Source: Armatimonadota bacterium (GTDB taxonomy: Bacteria; Armatimonadota; UBA10988). From it: a DNA stretch of 31,878 nucleotides. Under the pieces are notes generated by a model, which was not told the origin of the DNA, did not search any database, and was given only the letters and a program-made list of their open reading frames with translations. The DNA is taken from assembly GCA_016235455.1 (NCBI GenBank), contig JACRKZ010000163.1:1-31878 (forward strand), read 5' to 3'. Positions 18,530 through 27,600 of the stretch are shown here, piece after piece. Each line of letters opens with the position of its first letter. Position 1 is the stretch's first letter. A program made the translations under genes and the position numbers.

Positions 18530-19604
18530 CCACCTTGCCGTTCTCGGCAAACTCCACCGCCCGGTAGGCGCCGCGCGGCACGCGGACGATCAGCGGGCAG
18601 GCAAAGGTCGCGTCGACGTTCTGGTGGGTGTTGGCCAGGTATTCGATGCGCAGCACGCCGTCGAGCACGGTCACGTGGCGCACGCGGTACTCATAGAAGT
18701 CGTGCCCGCGATGGATGGCGGCGAACACCACGCTGTCGGCGAAGGCGTTCTTGGGCAGACGATGCTGCCGGTCGTCCATGACGAAGCCGGCGCCGAACAC
18801 GTTGTTGTAGGCGGCCTGGTCGCGTAGCGCCAGGAACGAGGTGGGCGCGTCGGGCTCGAACGTGTTCTTGACGAAGTAGCCGTCGTGCTCGTCGTGCTCG
18901 ACCAGCGTCACCAGCGGCCAGTCCTTGGTCTGCGCCAGCAGGCGGTCGAGCTCCTTGGCATCGGGCAGGATGCTCCGCAGCCCGTCCAGCCGGGCGCGCG
19001 TCTCGGCGGTCCACGGCTCGTCGTCGGCCAGCAGGTCGAGCGGCCGGTCGGTGCGCAGCGTCAACAGGCAGTGCGGCGCCGCCAGGGGCGCGATGGGCTT
19101 GTCGGCCAGTTCCAGGAAGCCCTCGGCGGCCAGATAGTCGAGCATGGCGCCGGCCTTGTCGGGCGCCACGGCGGCCAGATGCGCCGGCGCGGGCGCGCCG
19201 TCGAGCGCGGTACCCAGCGTCAGTTCCGCCGACTGCCCGTCCTTCGGGCCGGACACGGAGATAGTCAGCGAGAGCGGCCAGGGATGCAGCTTCTGCTGCT
19301 CCGCGCGCGCCTCGGCCAGCGGGCACAGGCCGCGCTTGATGAACACCGCGCGCCCGCCATCGAAGGTCACCCGCAACCATGCGCCGCGCTTGAGGCCGGC
19401 CAGCGTGGCGGGCTGGCCGTCCCACTGCACGCTGGTGGCGTCGGTCGTGGTCAGCTCGACCAGCTTGTCCTGGAAATCCACCTTGGCCCGGAGCGTGAGC
19501 TTGCCGCCCTCGGCGGCGACCAGCTTGCCGACATAGGTGTTCGGCGGTTCGGCCAAGGCGGCGGTGACGGCGAGCAAGCCGGCAACGATGACGAGACGCT
19601 TCAT
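18510..19604 (-). CDS. Secreted multi-domain hypothetical protein (C-terminus weakly PrcB-C-like)
   Basis: Signal peptide MKRLVIVAGLLAVTAALA; RBS GGGAG; GC3-biased codons. Domain identity is uncertain. Confidence 0.7.
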   Translation of the reverse strand: MKRLVIVAGLLAVTAALAEPPNTYVGKLVAAEGGKLTLRAKVDFQDKLVELTTTDATSVQWDGQPATLAGLKRGAWLRVTFDGGRAVFIKRGLCPLAEARAEQQKLHPWPLSLTISVSGPKDGQSAELTLGTALDGAPAPAHLAAVAPDKAGAMLDYLAAEGFLELADKPIAPLAAPHCLLTLRTDRPLDLLADDEPWTAETRARLDGLRSILPDAKELDRLLAQTKDWPLVTLVEHDEHDGYFVKNTFEPDAPTSFLALRDQAAYNNVFGAGFVMDDRQHRLPKNAFADSVVFAAIHRGHDFYEYRVRHVTVLDGVLRIEYLANTHQNVDATFACPLIVRVPRGAYRAVEFAENGKVVKRLAW

Positions 19605-19715
19605 CTGGTACTCCCTGCGCGCTGTGCGGCACGACGCTGGTAGTATGCCACGGTGGCGGCGGACCGCAGGCCCAGGCCGGCCAGGCGGACCGGTTCGCCT
19701 GGGCGCGCCGCCGTC

Positions 19716-21224
19716 TCACCGCAGGTTCGGCGCCGGCGGCGCCACCTCCGGCGGCAGCGGCGCCGGCGCGGCGTGGTCAGTGCGCGCCGCGCGGCCGAGC
19801 TGGCCGACGCTCACGCGAATGCGGCTGTCCACCAGTTCGGGCACGTTGTAGCTGTACCACAGCGTGTCGTAGTAGTCAGCTCGGCGCTGGGGCAGCAGCA
19901 AGGCCGGATGCAGCCGGCCGGCGGTGTCGAAGTAGCTCAGGTAGAGCTTGGTGAACAGCCCGTCGGCGCGTTTGCTGGCGAAGACCACCCAGCGCCCGTT
20001 GCGCGACCAGCCATGCCACGATTCCGAGCGGTCGGAGTTGATGGCCACCGGCACGCTCGCGCCGGTCGTCAGGTCCAGCAGGCCCAGATCGCTACTGCGC
20101 CGGTAGGCCGGGAAGCAGCTGTAGTCGCACTCGCAGAACATCAGCCAGCGGCCGTCCGGCGAGACCCGCGGGAAGAGCTGGCTGCGGCCGGTATCGCGCG
20201 CGGCCAGCACCGTTTCCGGCTGGCCCCATGACCCATTGCCTGGGTCATAGGTGATGCGGCAGAGGTCGTAACGCACCTGGTCATAGCCGGGCGGCGGGAT
20301 CAGCTCACCGCTGGGCCAGGTGCGCGGTGCGCGGCAGTAGTAGAGCGTACGGCCGTCGGGCGCCCAGCAGGGATAGGTGTAAAGGTAGTCAGGCGATGAC
20401 AGCGCCGGTGTGGTACTGAACTGATCGCGCTCGGAATCGAACAGGACCAGGCCCGACGACAGGTCGAAGGCATCACGCGTCTCCTCGCTGGCCACATGGA
20501 ACATCTGGCGCACCTGGTTGACCGAGTAGACCGCCAGCTTGCCGCCGGGGTGCCAGGTGCCATGACCCGCGGGCTGCCGTAGCGCCGTCACACGCCGCCC
20601 GTCCACCACCAGCGTGCGCGGGCCGAAGTCGGTCGAGCGCGTCTGCAGCGTGAACCGCTGGCCCGAGCCCTGCCAGAAGCAGTGGCAGTTGACGCAGCCG
20701 CCCACCTGATGCCCGCTCATGACCAGGCGCTCGCCGTAGCCAGTCAGATCACGCTGGTAGCAGCCCACCTCGCGCACCAGGTTGTAGCCGGGTGTGAGCA
20801 GGCGGTAGACCAGGTAGCGGTCGACCGATTCGGCCGCCACCGCCAGCCGCAGCGGTTGGTAGCGGGCCCACTGGCCCGACGGCTGGCGCACCGAGACGGT
20901 CAGGGTCAGGTCGCGCCCGCGGTTGGCCGCCAGCAGCCGGCGCCAGCTCCGTGGCGAGAAGCACACGTCGCGACCGCGGCCCGCGGCCCAGATCGCGCGC
21001 CGGCCGCCGGCCAGCGCCACATGCCAGGCGGTGCCCGGCTCGTGGATGCGCAGGCCCGGCGCGGCGATGTTGGGCGGCAGTACGACGCCGGCCAGGTCGG
21101 GCTCCAGCCGCGGCGCCTGCGCCAGGTCGGCCACTCGCCCCACCGGTCGCGGCCCGGGCCAGCGCATCGCTACCACCGCGAGGGCCGCGGCCAGCGCCAG
21201 CAGCAGAGCGCGTCGTCGGGTCAT
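19716..21224 (-). CDS. TolB-like/PD40 beta-propeller protein with single CxxCH motif
   Basis: N-terminal anchor; PDLAGVVLPPNIA, IDRY-like VDRYLVYRL, YQRDL, GCVNCHCF, TYPCWAPDG, FPRVSPDGRWL, SESWHGWSRNGRWVVFASKRADG, SYNVPEL. Start overlaps the upstream stop (ATGA). Confidence 0.85.
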   Translation of the reverse strand: MTRRRALLLALAAALAVVAMRWPGPRPVGRVADLAQAPRLEPDLAGVVLPPNIAAPGLRIHEPGTAWHVALAGGRRAIWAAGRGRDVCFSPRSWRRLLAANRGRDLTLTVSVRQPSGQWARYQPLRLAVAAESVDRYLVYRLLTPGYNLVREVGCYQRDLTGYGERLVMSGHQVGGCVNCHCFWQGSGQRFTLQTRSTDFGPRTLVVDGRRVTALRQPAGHGTWHPGGKLAVYSVNQVRQMFHVASEETRDAFDLSSGLVLFDSERDQFSTTPALSSPDYLYTYPCWAPDGRTLYYCRAPRTWPSGELIPPPGYDQVRYDLCRITYDPGNGSWGQPETVLAARDTGRSQLFPRVSPDGRWLMFCECDYSCFPAYRRSSDLGLLDLTTGASVPVAINSDRSESWHGWSRNGRWVVFASKRADGLFTKLYLSYFDTAGRLHPALLLPQRRADYYDTLWYSYNVPELVDSRIRVSVGQLGRAARTDHAAPAPLPPEVAPPAPNLR

Positions 21225-23065
21225 CGCGGCACTCCCGACACACCGAACATGCGGTAGTAGTAGTAGGTATCGGCGAACGCGGTCTGCCACACGCGCAGCG
21301 CACAGCGCGGCACGCGGCGCGGGGCGTAGAGCACGTCGACCATGCGGTCGCGGTCACAGCCCATGGCGCACCGCAGGTCGTCCAACCGCTTGCGCGCCGC
21401 GGCGCTGATCGTTCGGCGGCCGGTGTCGACCGGCTTGCCGGTGACGATCTCCTGGCACAGGAGCGCCTCCTCCACATGCCGGGGCAGCGTGTCGCGCGCC
21501 GGGTCGACCAGTGTCGGCAGCGCGACGGCGATACGGTCGATGCGGTTGTTGAACAGGTACAGCGCCAGCAGGTACTCCTGCGCCAGGCGATTGTCGGGAT
21601 GCTCGCGCGTTGCCTGCTCCAGCAGCGGCTCCAGCCGCTGCTGGTCGTAGCGGTCGGCGCGCACGCGGTTCGCGCTCAGCGTGCGCTGCATCTCGTCTCC
21701 CGCCAACGCGGGATCGCTGCGCAGTCGCCGCAACAGCGGGCGGGCGCCGGCCGGGTCGCCGGGCTGTGCCGCGGCCATGTGGAGGAAGACGCGCGCGGCC
21801 TGGGGCCGGTCCTTCATCAGCTGGACACGCGCCATCGGCACGAGGAGCGCGGGATAGGTGCCCTGGGTCTCCAGCGTCTCGTGGAACGCGTGCTCGGCCT
21901 CGTTGACCAGGCCCAGTTGCAGGTCGAGGTCACGCAGCAGCAGCCCGCACTGCGCCCGCATCACGTCCTCGGAGCCGCCGGCGGCGAGCTGGGGGTTGTC
22001 GCGCATCGTGCTTAGCGCGTTCAGGCCCAGGCGCAGCAGCCGGTCGCCGACCTGCCCGGTGTGGGCGAGAGCCATCAGCACGTTGTAGGCATCGTACTGG
22101 GTCATGGCCTGCGGCGCGATCGGCTCGGCCGCGGCCAACAGGCCCGGCCAGTCACCGCGCGCGGCGCGTTTGTGCAGTTCCAGGCCCCGGCCGGCCACCT
22201 CGTTCCGCCCCACACACGCCAGCAGCGCACAGACCACGAGCGGGGCCAGCCAGGCTAGCCGCGGCTGAGCGAACTGTGTCAGCCTCGGCGCCAGCACGGC
22301 CGCCACGAACAGATAGGCGAGCAGGCCCACCGCCGCGACACGCGCCAGGCCGCTCTGACCAAACCCGGACAAGCCCGGCACCAGCGCCGCATAGACCATG
22401 GCCAGCGGATCGTCGAACCACACCAGCCAGACCAGCGCCGGCATCCACAGCGGCGCGGCCAATACCGCCGTGGCCAGCGGCCAGGCCGGCCGTCTGGCCT
22501 CGCCGACGGCCAGCAGCGGCACCGCCACCAGCGCCGGGCCGCCCAGCAGGCAGTAGAGCGCGATCAGGCCGGGCAGAATCACCGCCGCCCGCCGGCCAGG
22601 ACGCGTCTCGCGCCAGCGCAGCGCGGCGCCGGCGGCCCACAAGGCCAACGCCCAGCCCACCTGCCAGTCGAGCAGGTGATGGTAGCGGCCGTCGAGCAGC
22701 AGGCACAGCAGGAACGGGCCGTAGCGCAGGCCGGGCACCCGTCGGCCGGTGGCGCCGGCGACAGCGTAATCAGCGGCCACCGCCACACACGCCGCGGCCA
22801 GCGCCAGAAGGCCGGCGGCCAGACCCGGCCAGATCCAGAGTTGGGAGAGCCACGCGCAGCCATAGCCCAGCAGCCCGCCGGCCACTTGACCGTGGGCGCG
22901 GACGAACACCGCGTCCGGGCTGAAGGCCGGCAGGCCGGTCAGGCTGGCGCCGAAGTAGACGCGGCTCGGGTCCACCCAGCGCCACAGCCAGACCCAGGCC
23001 ACCAGCACGCACAGTGCCAGCCGCGCATCGCCCTGCCCTCGACGCCGTGGTGTCCTGTCCACCAT
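21221..23065 (-). CDS. DUF6057-like membrane protein (multi-TM N-terminus, TPR-like C-terminus)
   Basis: About 9-10 TM segments; GGLLGY..AWLSQL, YNVLMALA, LGLVNEAEH, HPDNRLAQEYLLALYL, LPRHVEEA, TYYYY. Translationally coupled to the TolB-like gene, as expected for this family. Confidence 0.78.
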   Translation of the reverse strand: MVDRTPRRRGQGDARLALCVLVAWVWLWRWVDPSRVYFGASLTGLPAFSPDAVFVRAHGQVAGGLLGYGCAWLSQLWIWPGLAAGLLALAAACVAVAADYAVAGATGRRVPGLRYGPFLLCLLLDGRYHHLLDWQVGWALALWAAGAALRWRETRPGRRAAVILPGLIALYCLLGGPALVAVPLLAVGEARRPAWPLATAVLAAPLWMPALVWLVWFDDPLAMVYAALVPGLSGFGQSGLARVAAVGLLAYLFVAAVLAPRLTQFAQPRLAWLAPLVVCALLACVGRNEVAGRGLELHKRAARGDWPGLLAAAEPIAPQAMTQYDAYNVLMALAHTGQVGDRLLRLGLNALSTMRDNPQLAAGGSEDVMRAQCGLLLRDLDLQLGLVNEAEHAFHETLETQGTYPALLVPMARVQLMKDRPQAARVFLHMAAAQPGDPAGARPLLRRLRSDPALAGDEMQRTLSANRVRADRYDQQRLEPLLEQATREHPDNRLAQEYLLALYLFNNRIDRIAVALPTLVDPARDTLPRHVEEALLCQEIVTGKPVDTGRRTISAAARKRLDDLRCAMGCDRDRMVDVLYAPRRVPRCALRVWQTAFADTYYYYRMFGVSGVPR

Positions 23066-23129
23066 GACTTCCCCTACCCGCTCGCTTCCACCGGCTCGGC
23101 CGGATTCCTGCATCGGCCTGATCGCCCCG

Positions 23130-23138
23130 TGATACCAT
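23130..23138 (+). promoter_or_regulatory. Putative extended -10 promoter element
   Basis: TG-A-TACCAT, about 25 nt upstream of ATG 23164. Confidence 0.35.
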
Positions 23139-23163
23139 CGGCGGCCAGCGAGGACGGCCTGCC

Positions 23164-24108
23164 ATGAGCCCCAAAGAGAACCTCCTCCGCACTATCGCCC
23201 GCGACCAGCCCGCCTGGGTGCCCAACGGCCTGGAATCCGTCGTGACCCTCGGCCCGCCGGTGGTCGAGCGGCCCGGCGCGGCGGGATACGACGCCTTCGG
23301 TGTGCACTGGTCGTATGACCCCGCGGCCGAGGGCGGCACCTACCCTACGCGCGGCGGCCACCCCGTGACGGACCTGCGGCGCTGGCGCGAACAGGTGACG
23401 ATCCCGGATGTCGCCGCGCTCGACTGGTCCGCTGTCCGCGGGCGAGGCCTGGCCATCGACCGCGAGACGCATCTGGTGCAAGGTTTTGTGGAGATGGGGC
23501 TGTTCGAGCGCGCCTACCTGCTGCTGGGCATGGAAGAGGCGCTGATGGCCTTCGTCGGCGAGCCCGAAGCCATGGCTGATCTGCTCGGCGCGCTGGCTGA
23601 CTACAAGATCGCGCTGATCAGCGCCTTTGACGACGCGGTGCCGCTGGACCTGCTGTGGTATGGCGACGACTGGGGCACGCAGACCGACCTGTTCGTGTCA
23701 CCCGCGGTGTGGCGCGCACTGCTCCGGCCCCCGCTGGCGCGCATCTATGCCTGCGCCCACGAGCGCGGCATCCTGGTCAACCAGCACTCCTGCGGTCGCA
23801 TCGAGCGCATCTTCGGCGACATCGTGGCACTGGGCGCCGCGCTCTGGAATCCCTGCCAGCCCTGCAACGACCTGGCAGCGCTCAAACTGGCCTACGGCGA
23901 CCGCATCGCCTTCCATGGCGGCATCGACAGCCAGTTCGTGCTGGACCGGCCGGGTGTCACGCCCGACGAGGTCCGTGCCGAGGTGCGCCGCCGCATCGAC
24001 GAACTGGGCGCCGGCGGCGGCTACATCGCCGGGCCCAGCCACGGCGTGCCCTACGACCCCGACCTGATCGCCGCCATGAACGACGAGATCGCTGCGTATG
24101 GGCGGTGA
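23164..24108 (+). CDS. Second uroporphyrinogen decarboxylase/MtaA-CmuA superfamily protein
   Basis: MSPKENLL, DAFGVHW, GLFERAYLLLGMEEAL, GDDWGTQ, HSCG, FHGGIDSQ, TPDEVRAEVRR, GGGYIAGPSH. Confidence 0.88.
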   Translation: MSPKENLLRTIARDQPAWVPNGLESVVTLGPPVVERPGAAGYDAFGVHWSYDPAAEGGTYPTRGGHPVTDLRRWREQVTIPDVAALDWSAVRGRGLAIDRETHLVQGFVEMGLFERAYLLLGMEEALMAFVGEPEAMADLLGALADYKIALISAFDDAVPLDLLWYGDDWGTQTDLFVSPAVWRALLRPPLARIYACAHERGILVNQHSCGRIERIFGDIVALGAALWNPCQPCNDLAALKLAYGDRIAFHGGIDSQFVLDRPGVTPDEVRAEVRRRIDELGAGGGYIAGPSHGVPYDPDLIAAMNDEIAAYGR

Positions 24109-24175
24109 GAGGATTGGCGCTGCCCCAGGCCAACCCACCGCCTGACGCCACGCACGGCGGGAAGGAACAGCAGGC

Positions 24176-25042
24176 ATGGACTCCACGACGACAGTGACCA
24201 TCGACGTGATCGACCCCGAGATGACCCAGATCGTCGACCCAGCGGTGGCCGCGACGCAAGTTGCCGCGGGCCGGCAGTTCACCGAAGGCCCGGTGTGGCT
24301 GGCCAGCGCGGGCGAGTGGCTGTTCAGCGACATTCCCGCCAGCGCGCTGTTCGCCTGGTCGCCTGCTGGCGGGCTGCGTGTCTTCCGCTCGCCATCCCAC
24401 AAGGCCAACGGCAACACGGTCGACCGCGAAGGCCGGCTGGTGACCTGCGAGCACGAGGCCCGCCGCGTCACCCGCACCGAGCCCGACGGGTCCATCACGG
24501 TCCTGGCCGACAGCTATCTCGGCCGGCTGCTCAACTCGCCCAACGACGTCGTGGTCAAGCGCGACGGCACCCTCTGGTTCACCGACCCGCCCTATGGGCT
24601 CGAAGGGCGAACCAAGGAGCAGGACGGCCACTACGTCTTCCGCCTGGACCCCGGCGCGCACGAACCGGTGCCGGTGGCCAGCGACTTCTCGATGCCCAAC
24701 GGGCTTTGCTTCGCGCCCGACGAGCGCGCCCTGTACATCGCCGACAGTTGCGGCACCCGCCACCATGTGCGCCGCATGACCGTGAACGCCGACAACACGC
24801 TGGCGGACGACGGCCTGTTCGCCGAGATCACGCCCGGCGCGCCCGACGGCATGAGGGTCGATGCCGCCGGGCGCATGTTCTGCACCGCCGGCGATGGCGT
24901 GCAGGTGTTCCGCCCCGACGGCACGCTCATCGGCCGCATCCGCACGCCGCGGACGGCGGCCAACTGCTGCCTGGGTGGCCCGGACGGGCGCGAACTGCTG
25001 ATCACCGCCGTCAGTGAAGTGTGGTTGGTGCCACTGCGGTGA
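24176..25042 (+). CDS. SMP-30/gluconolactonase/LRE family protein
   Basis: FTEGPVW, LFSDIP, ANGNTVDREGRLVTCEH, LNSPNDVV, WFTDPPYG, PNGLCFAPDE, PDGMRVD. Confidence 0.93.
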   Translation: MDSTTTVTIDVIDPEMTQIVDPAVAATQVAAGRQFTEGPVWLASAGEWLFSDIPASALFAWSPAGGLRVFRSPSHKANGNTVDREGRLVTCEHEARRVTRTEPDGSITVLADSYLGRLLNSPNDVVVKRDGTLWFTDPPYGLEGRTKEQDGHYVFRLDPGAHEPVPVASDFSMPNGLCFAPDERALYIADSCGTRHHVRRMTVNADNTLADDGLFAEITPGAPDGMRVDAAGRMFCTAGDGVQVFRPDGTLIGRIRTPRTAANCCLGGPDGRELLITAVSEVWLVPLR

Positions 25043-26267
25043 GGCGACGGTCGGCAAGCCGCCAGATCAGCGCGGTGAGCAGCAGCGCCAGCCCATGCCA
25101 GCCCAGGCGCCACCACCAGCCGACGGACTGTGGCCACGGCTGGGTGCCGGCGTCGGCGAGCTTGGCCCACACCAGGAAGGCATCGGCCACGGGCAGCCGA
25201 CCGAAAGCGTAACGCTTGCCGCCACGCCAGGTGTAGGGCGCCCCCAGCAGCTCCAGCGACTGCAACAGCGGCTCGGCCAACGCGCGGTCGCCCTGCGCCA
25301 GCGCCGGGCCCAGCGCGGCAAACGACGCCACCGCGCCAACCCCGCCCACGATGGGACCGGAATCGACATCCATCGGCCCGCGCTCGCCCCGTGGGTATTC
25401 GCGCACGCCCGGCAGGCCGGCCGGTCCGCCGGCGAACAGCGCTCGGAACCGGGCGTAGTCACGCCTGGCCCACGCGGGGTCGACCGCCGGCAGAAACCGC
25501 AGCAGCAAGGCTTGCGAGCTGCCCCGCGCGCCGGTCAGGCAGGCGCCGCTGGGCCAGTCGGCCTCGTGTGGCAGGAGCCCGGTGGCCGGGTCCAGACGGC
25601 TCTCGATGAGCCGCCGCCAGCGTGCCACGGTGGCGCCGTAGCGCGGCGCGAGCAGCCGGTCATGCGCGCAGAGCGCGGCCATGGCGACCACGCTGTCGCA
25701 CGGCCAGGAGCGCGCCGGGTAGGCCTGCAGATAGGGCGTCGCCGCGGCCTCGAAGGCCGCGGCCAGCGACCGGCAGCCCGCCTCGAACCGCGCCACCTCC
25801 GCCGCATCGCGGGCCGCCGCCGGCACGAGCGACAGCGCCTCGGCCTGCAACCAGGCGGTCCAGCCCGCGGCGAACACCCCGCCGGGCGGCTCGCTCACCC
25901 CGCGGAACGGCGCCATGCCTTCCTCGCGACCCAGCTGGTCCAGCGCCCAGCGCGCCTCGACCACCGCCTCGCCGCGGCGGCGCTCGTCGGCCCGGCCCAG
26001 CGCCACCCAGCTCAGCCCGTACAGCGCATGGACGAAGAACCAGCCCTCGGGGAAGAGGTCCTGCATCCGCTGGCCGCCGCCATGCCGCAGGTCCCAGCCC
26101 AGCCAGCGGAGTTGCGCCGGCGCGTCGCGCGCGGGCAGCCGCGGCAGATAGAGGCGCGCCTGGCTGACCACGATGAGCGCGGTCAACAACGCGGCGGCCA
26201 AGCGCTGGCGTCGCGGGGATCCCCGGCGATACCAGGCGCGGAAGTCTCGGCTGACTGTGTCGGGCAC
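25011..26267 (-). CDS. Membrane-anchored hypothetical protein, probable (alpha/alpha)6 barrel resembling linalool dehydratase/isomerase-like proteins
   Basis: RBS GGAGGT and GTG start; TM segments at both ends. Motifs FPEGWFF, YLQAYP..SWPCD, LDPATGLLPH, RGSSQ, GVREYP, DVDSGP. Confidence 0.65.
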   Translation of the reverse strand: MPDTVSRDFRAWYRRGSPRRQRLAAALLTALIVVSQARLYLPRLPARDAPAQLRWLGWDLRHGGGQRMQDLFPEGWFFVHALYGLSWVALGRADERRRGEAVVEARWALDQLGREEGMAPFRGVSEPPGGVFAAGWTAWLQAEALSLVPAAARDAAEVARFEAGCRSLAAAFEAAATPYLQAYPARSWPCDSVVAMAALCAHDRLLAPRYGATVARWRRLIESRLDPATGLLPHEADWPSGACLTGARGSSQALLLRFLPAVDPAWARRDYARFRALFAGGPAGLPGVREYPRGERGPMDVDSGPIVGGVGAVASFAALGPALAQGDRALAEPLLQSLELLGAPYTWRGGKRYAFGRLPVADAFLVWAKLADAGTQPWPQSVGWWWRLGWHGLALLLTALIWRLADRRLTAVAPTTLH

Positions 26268-26654
26268 TATGCACCTCCGGCTCGGGCCAGTGCCCCGCTC
26301 TGGCGAAGTCGCTCAGGCGCGCGTCGCCTCACGGCCAGCTTGGGCAGCCCAAGATCGGCGTTGACCGGCTTGACCGAGTCCCACCGAACCACGCCGGCTC
26401 TCATAGCCAGCCAGGCCGACGAGCCAGTCGGTGGGCCGGCGTTGGCCGGGCTCGACGCGCAGCCGTCGGGCATGGTGGCGCAACGAGTTCATCCGCTCTT
26501 CGGGTAGCGTCGTCCAGTCCAACGACCGCTGGCCGTCCCCTGCGCGGGCATGGCCACCCTCGACCATGAGCCGGTACGCACACCGCGGCGGCTGTGCTCC
26601 TTCCGGGAGTCTGGTCTGCGGGGGAGCCGACGTCAAGCAAAGGCGAAGGCCCCG

Positions 26655-27506
26655 TCACCCCCGCGCACCAGCCTCTTCCGCACCCACGGGCAGCGGCAGG
26701 CTGATGCTCTTGGGCTCGATCCTTAGCACGGCACCAGTGACCGCATCCAGCGCGATGAAGTCGGCGATGCGTCCCTGGCGGAAGCCCGATGGCGGCGTCA
26801 GACCGATCAGCCAGGCCGGCCCATCGTTCGGGGCATCACTATAGTGCAGGCGCAACTGCACCTGGTCCTCGGCGATCACCAGAGACCGGTACCGGTGCAA
26901 CTCGGCGCCGGCCAGGCGGAGTGCCTCGGCACGACTGATCCGCGGCTCGATGCGCGCGCCGGGCGCACGATACATGCGCCACGACAGCAGCCGGCCGGCG
27001 GGCACCGAGAACGCCATGTCGGCGTCGTCGCCGGCATGGGCATCGCCTTCCATGGCGGTCCAGGCGTAGGTGGCGCTATCCGTCAGCTCGTCGGGCTGCC
27101 GAGCCAGGCCAAGGGGCTCGGTCACGCCGGCCAGGGCCAGCAGCCGCCGCGCTTTGGCCAGCAGTTCCTCCTCGTCGATGTGGTCCGCGGGGATGGGCTT
27201 GGCCCAGTCCACCCGCAGGTGCGCCAGATAGGGCCCGCGCGTGTTGACGGTCGCCAGCGCCATGCCGGCCGTAATGCCAGCCGCGGCCGGCCAGCTCACG
27301 CGCAGCGCGACCTGCTCGTCAAGGCCGACGAGGCGCCGCCCGGTGGGTCGAGCCACCACCTGCCCGGCCGGCAGCCCGAGCAGCCGCTCCACCAATGCGC
27401 CAGCCGCGCGGATCGCGGCCAGCGCGGCGGCATCGTCGCCCGCGGGCACGCTACGCGCGGGCGCCAGGGCGAGCATGACAGCCAGGAGGATTGCTGCGGG
27501 TCGCAT
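26655..27506 (-). CDS. Secreted hypothetical protein with PepSY-like C-terminus
   Basis: Signal peptide MRPAAILLAVMLALAPARS; PRISRAEALRLA...PAWLIGL...IALDAVTGAVL. Confidence 0.65.
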   Translation of the reverse strand: MRPAAILLAVMLALAPARSVPAGDDAAALAAIRAAGALVERLLGLPAGQVVARPTGRRLVGLDEQVALRVSWPAAAGITAGMALATVNTRGPYLAHLRVDWAKPIPADHIDEEELLAKARRLLALAGVTEPLGLARQPDELTDSATYAWTAMEGDAHAGDDADMAFSVPAGRLLSWRMYRAPGARIEPRISRAEALRLAGAELHRYRSLVIAEDQVQLRLHYSDAPNDGPAWLIGLTPPSGFRQGRIADFIALDAVTGAVLRIEPKSISLPLPVGAEEAGARG

Positions 27507-27600
27507 GGTCTTTAGTTGGACACCGCCGCGCCATGTCTTCCACATGACCTCGAGAGCGCGTCACTGCGTTGTCGGTCGCAGGGAACGGGTGGCGCTCCCG

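Noticed and set aside
19681-19702. Near-palindrome CCAGGCGGACCGGTTCGCCTGG after the TolB-like gene
   Set aside because: Imperfect on the transcribed strand, no U-tract, and plausible by chance at this GC.
19716-21224. Calling this gene tolB or a cytochrome c
   Set aside because: No tol-pal context and no TolB N-terminal domain; a single CxxCH does not establish heme binding.
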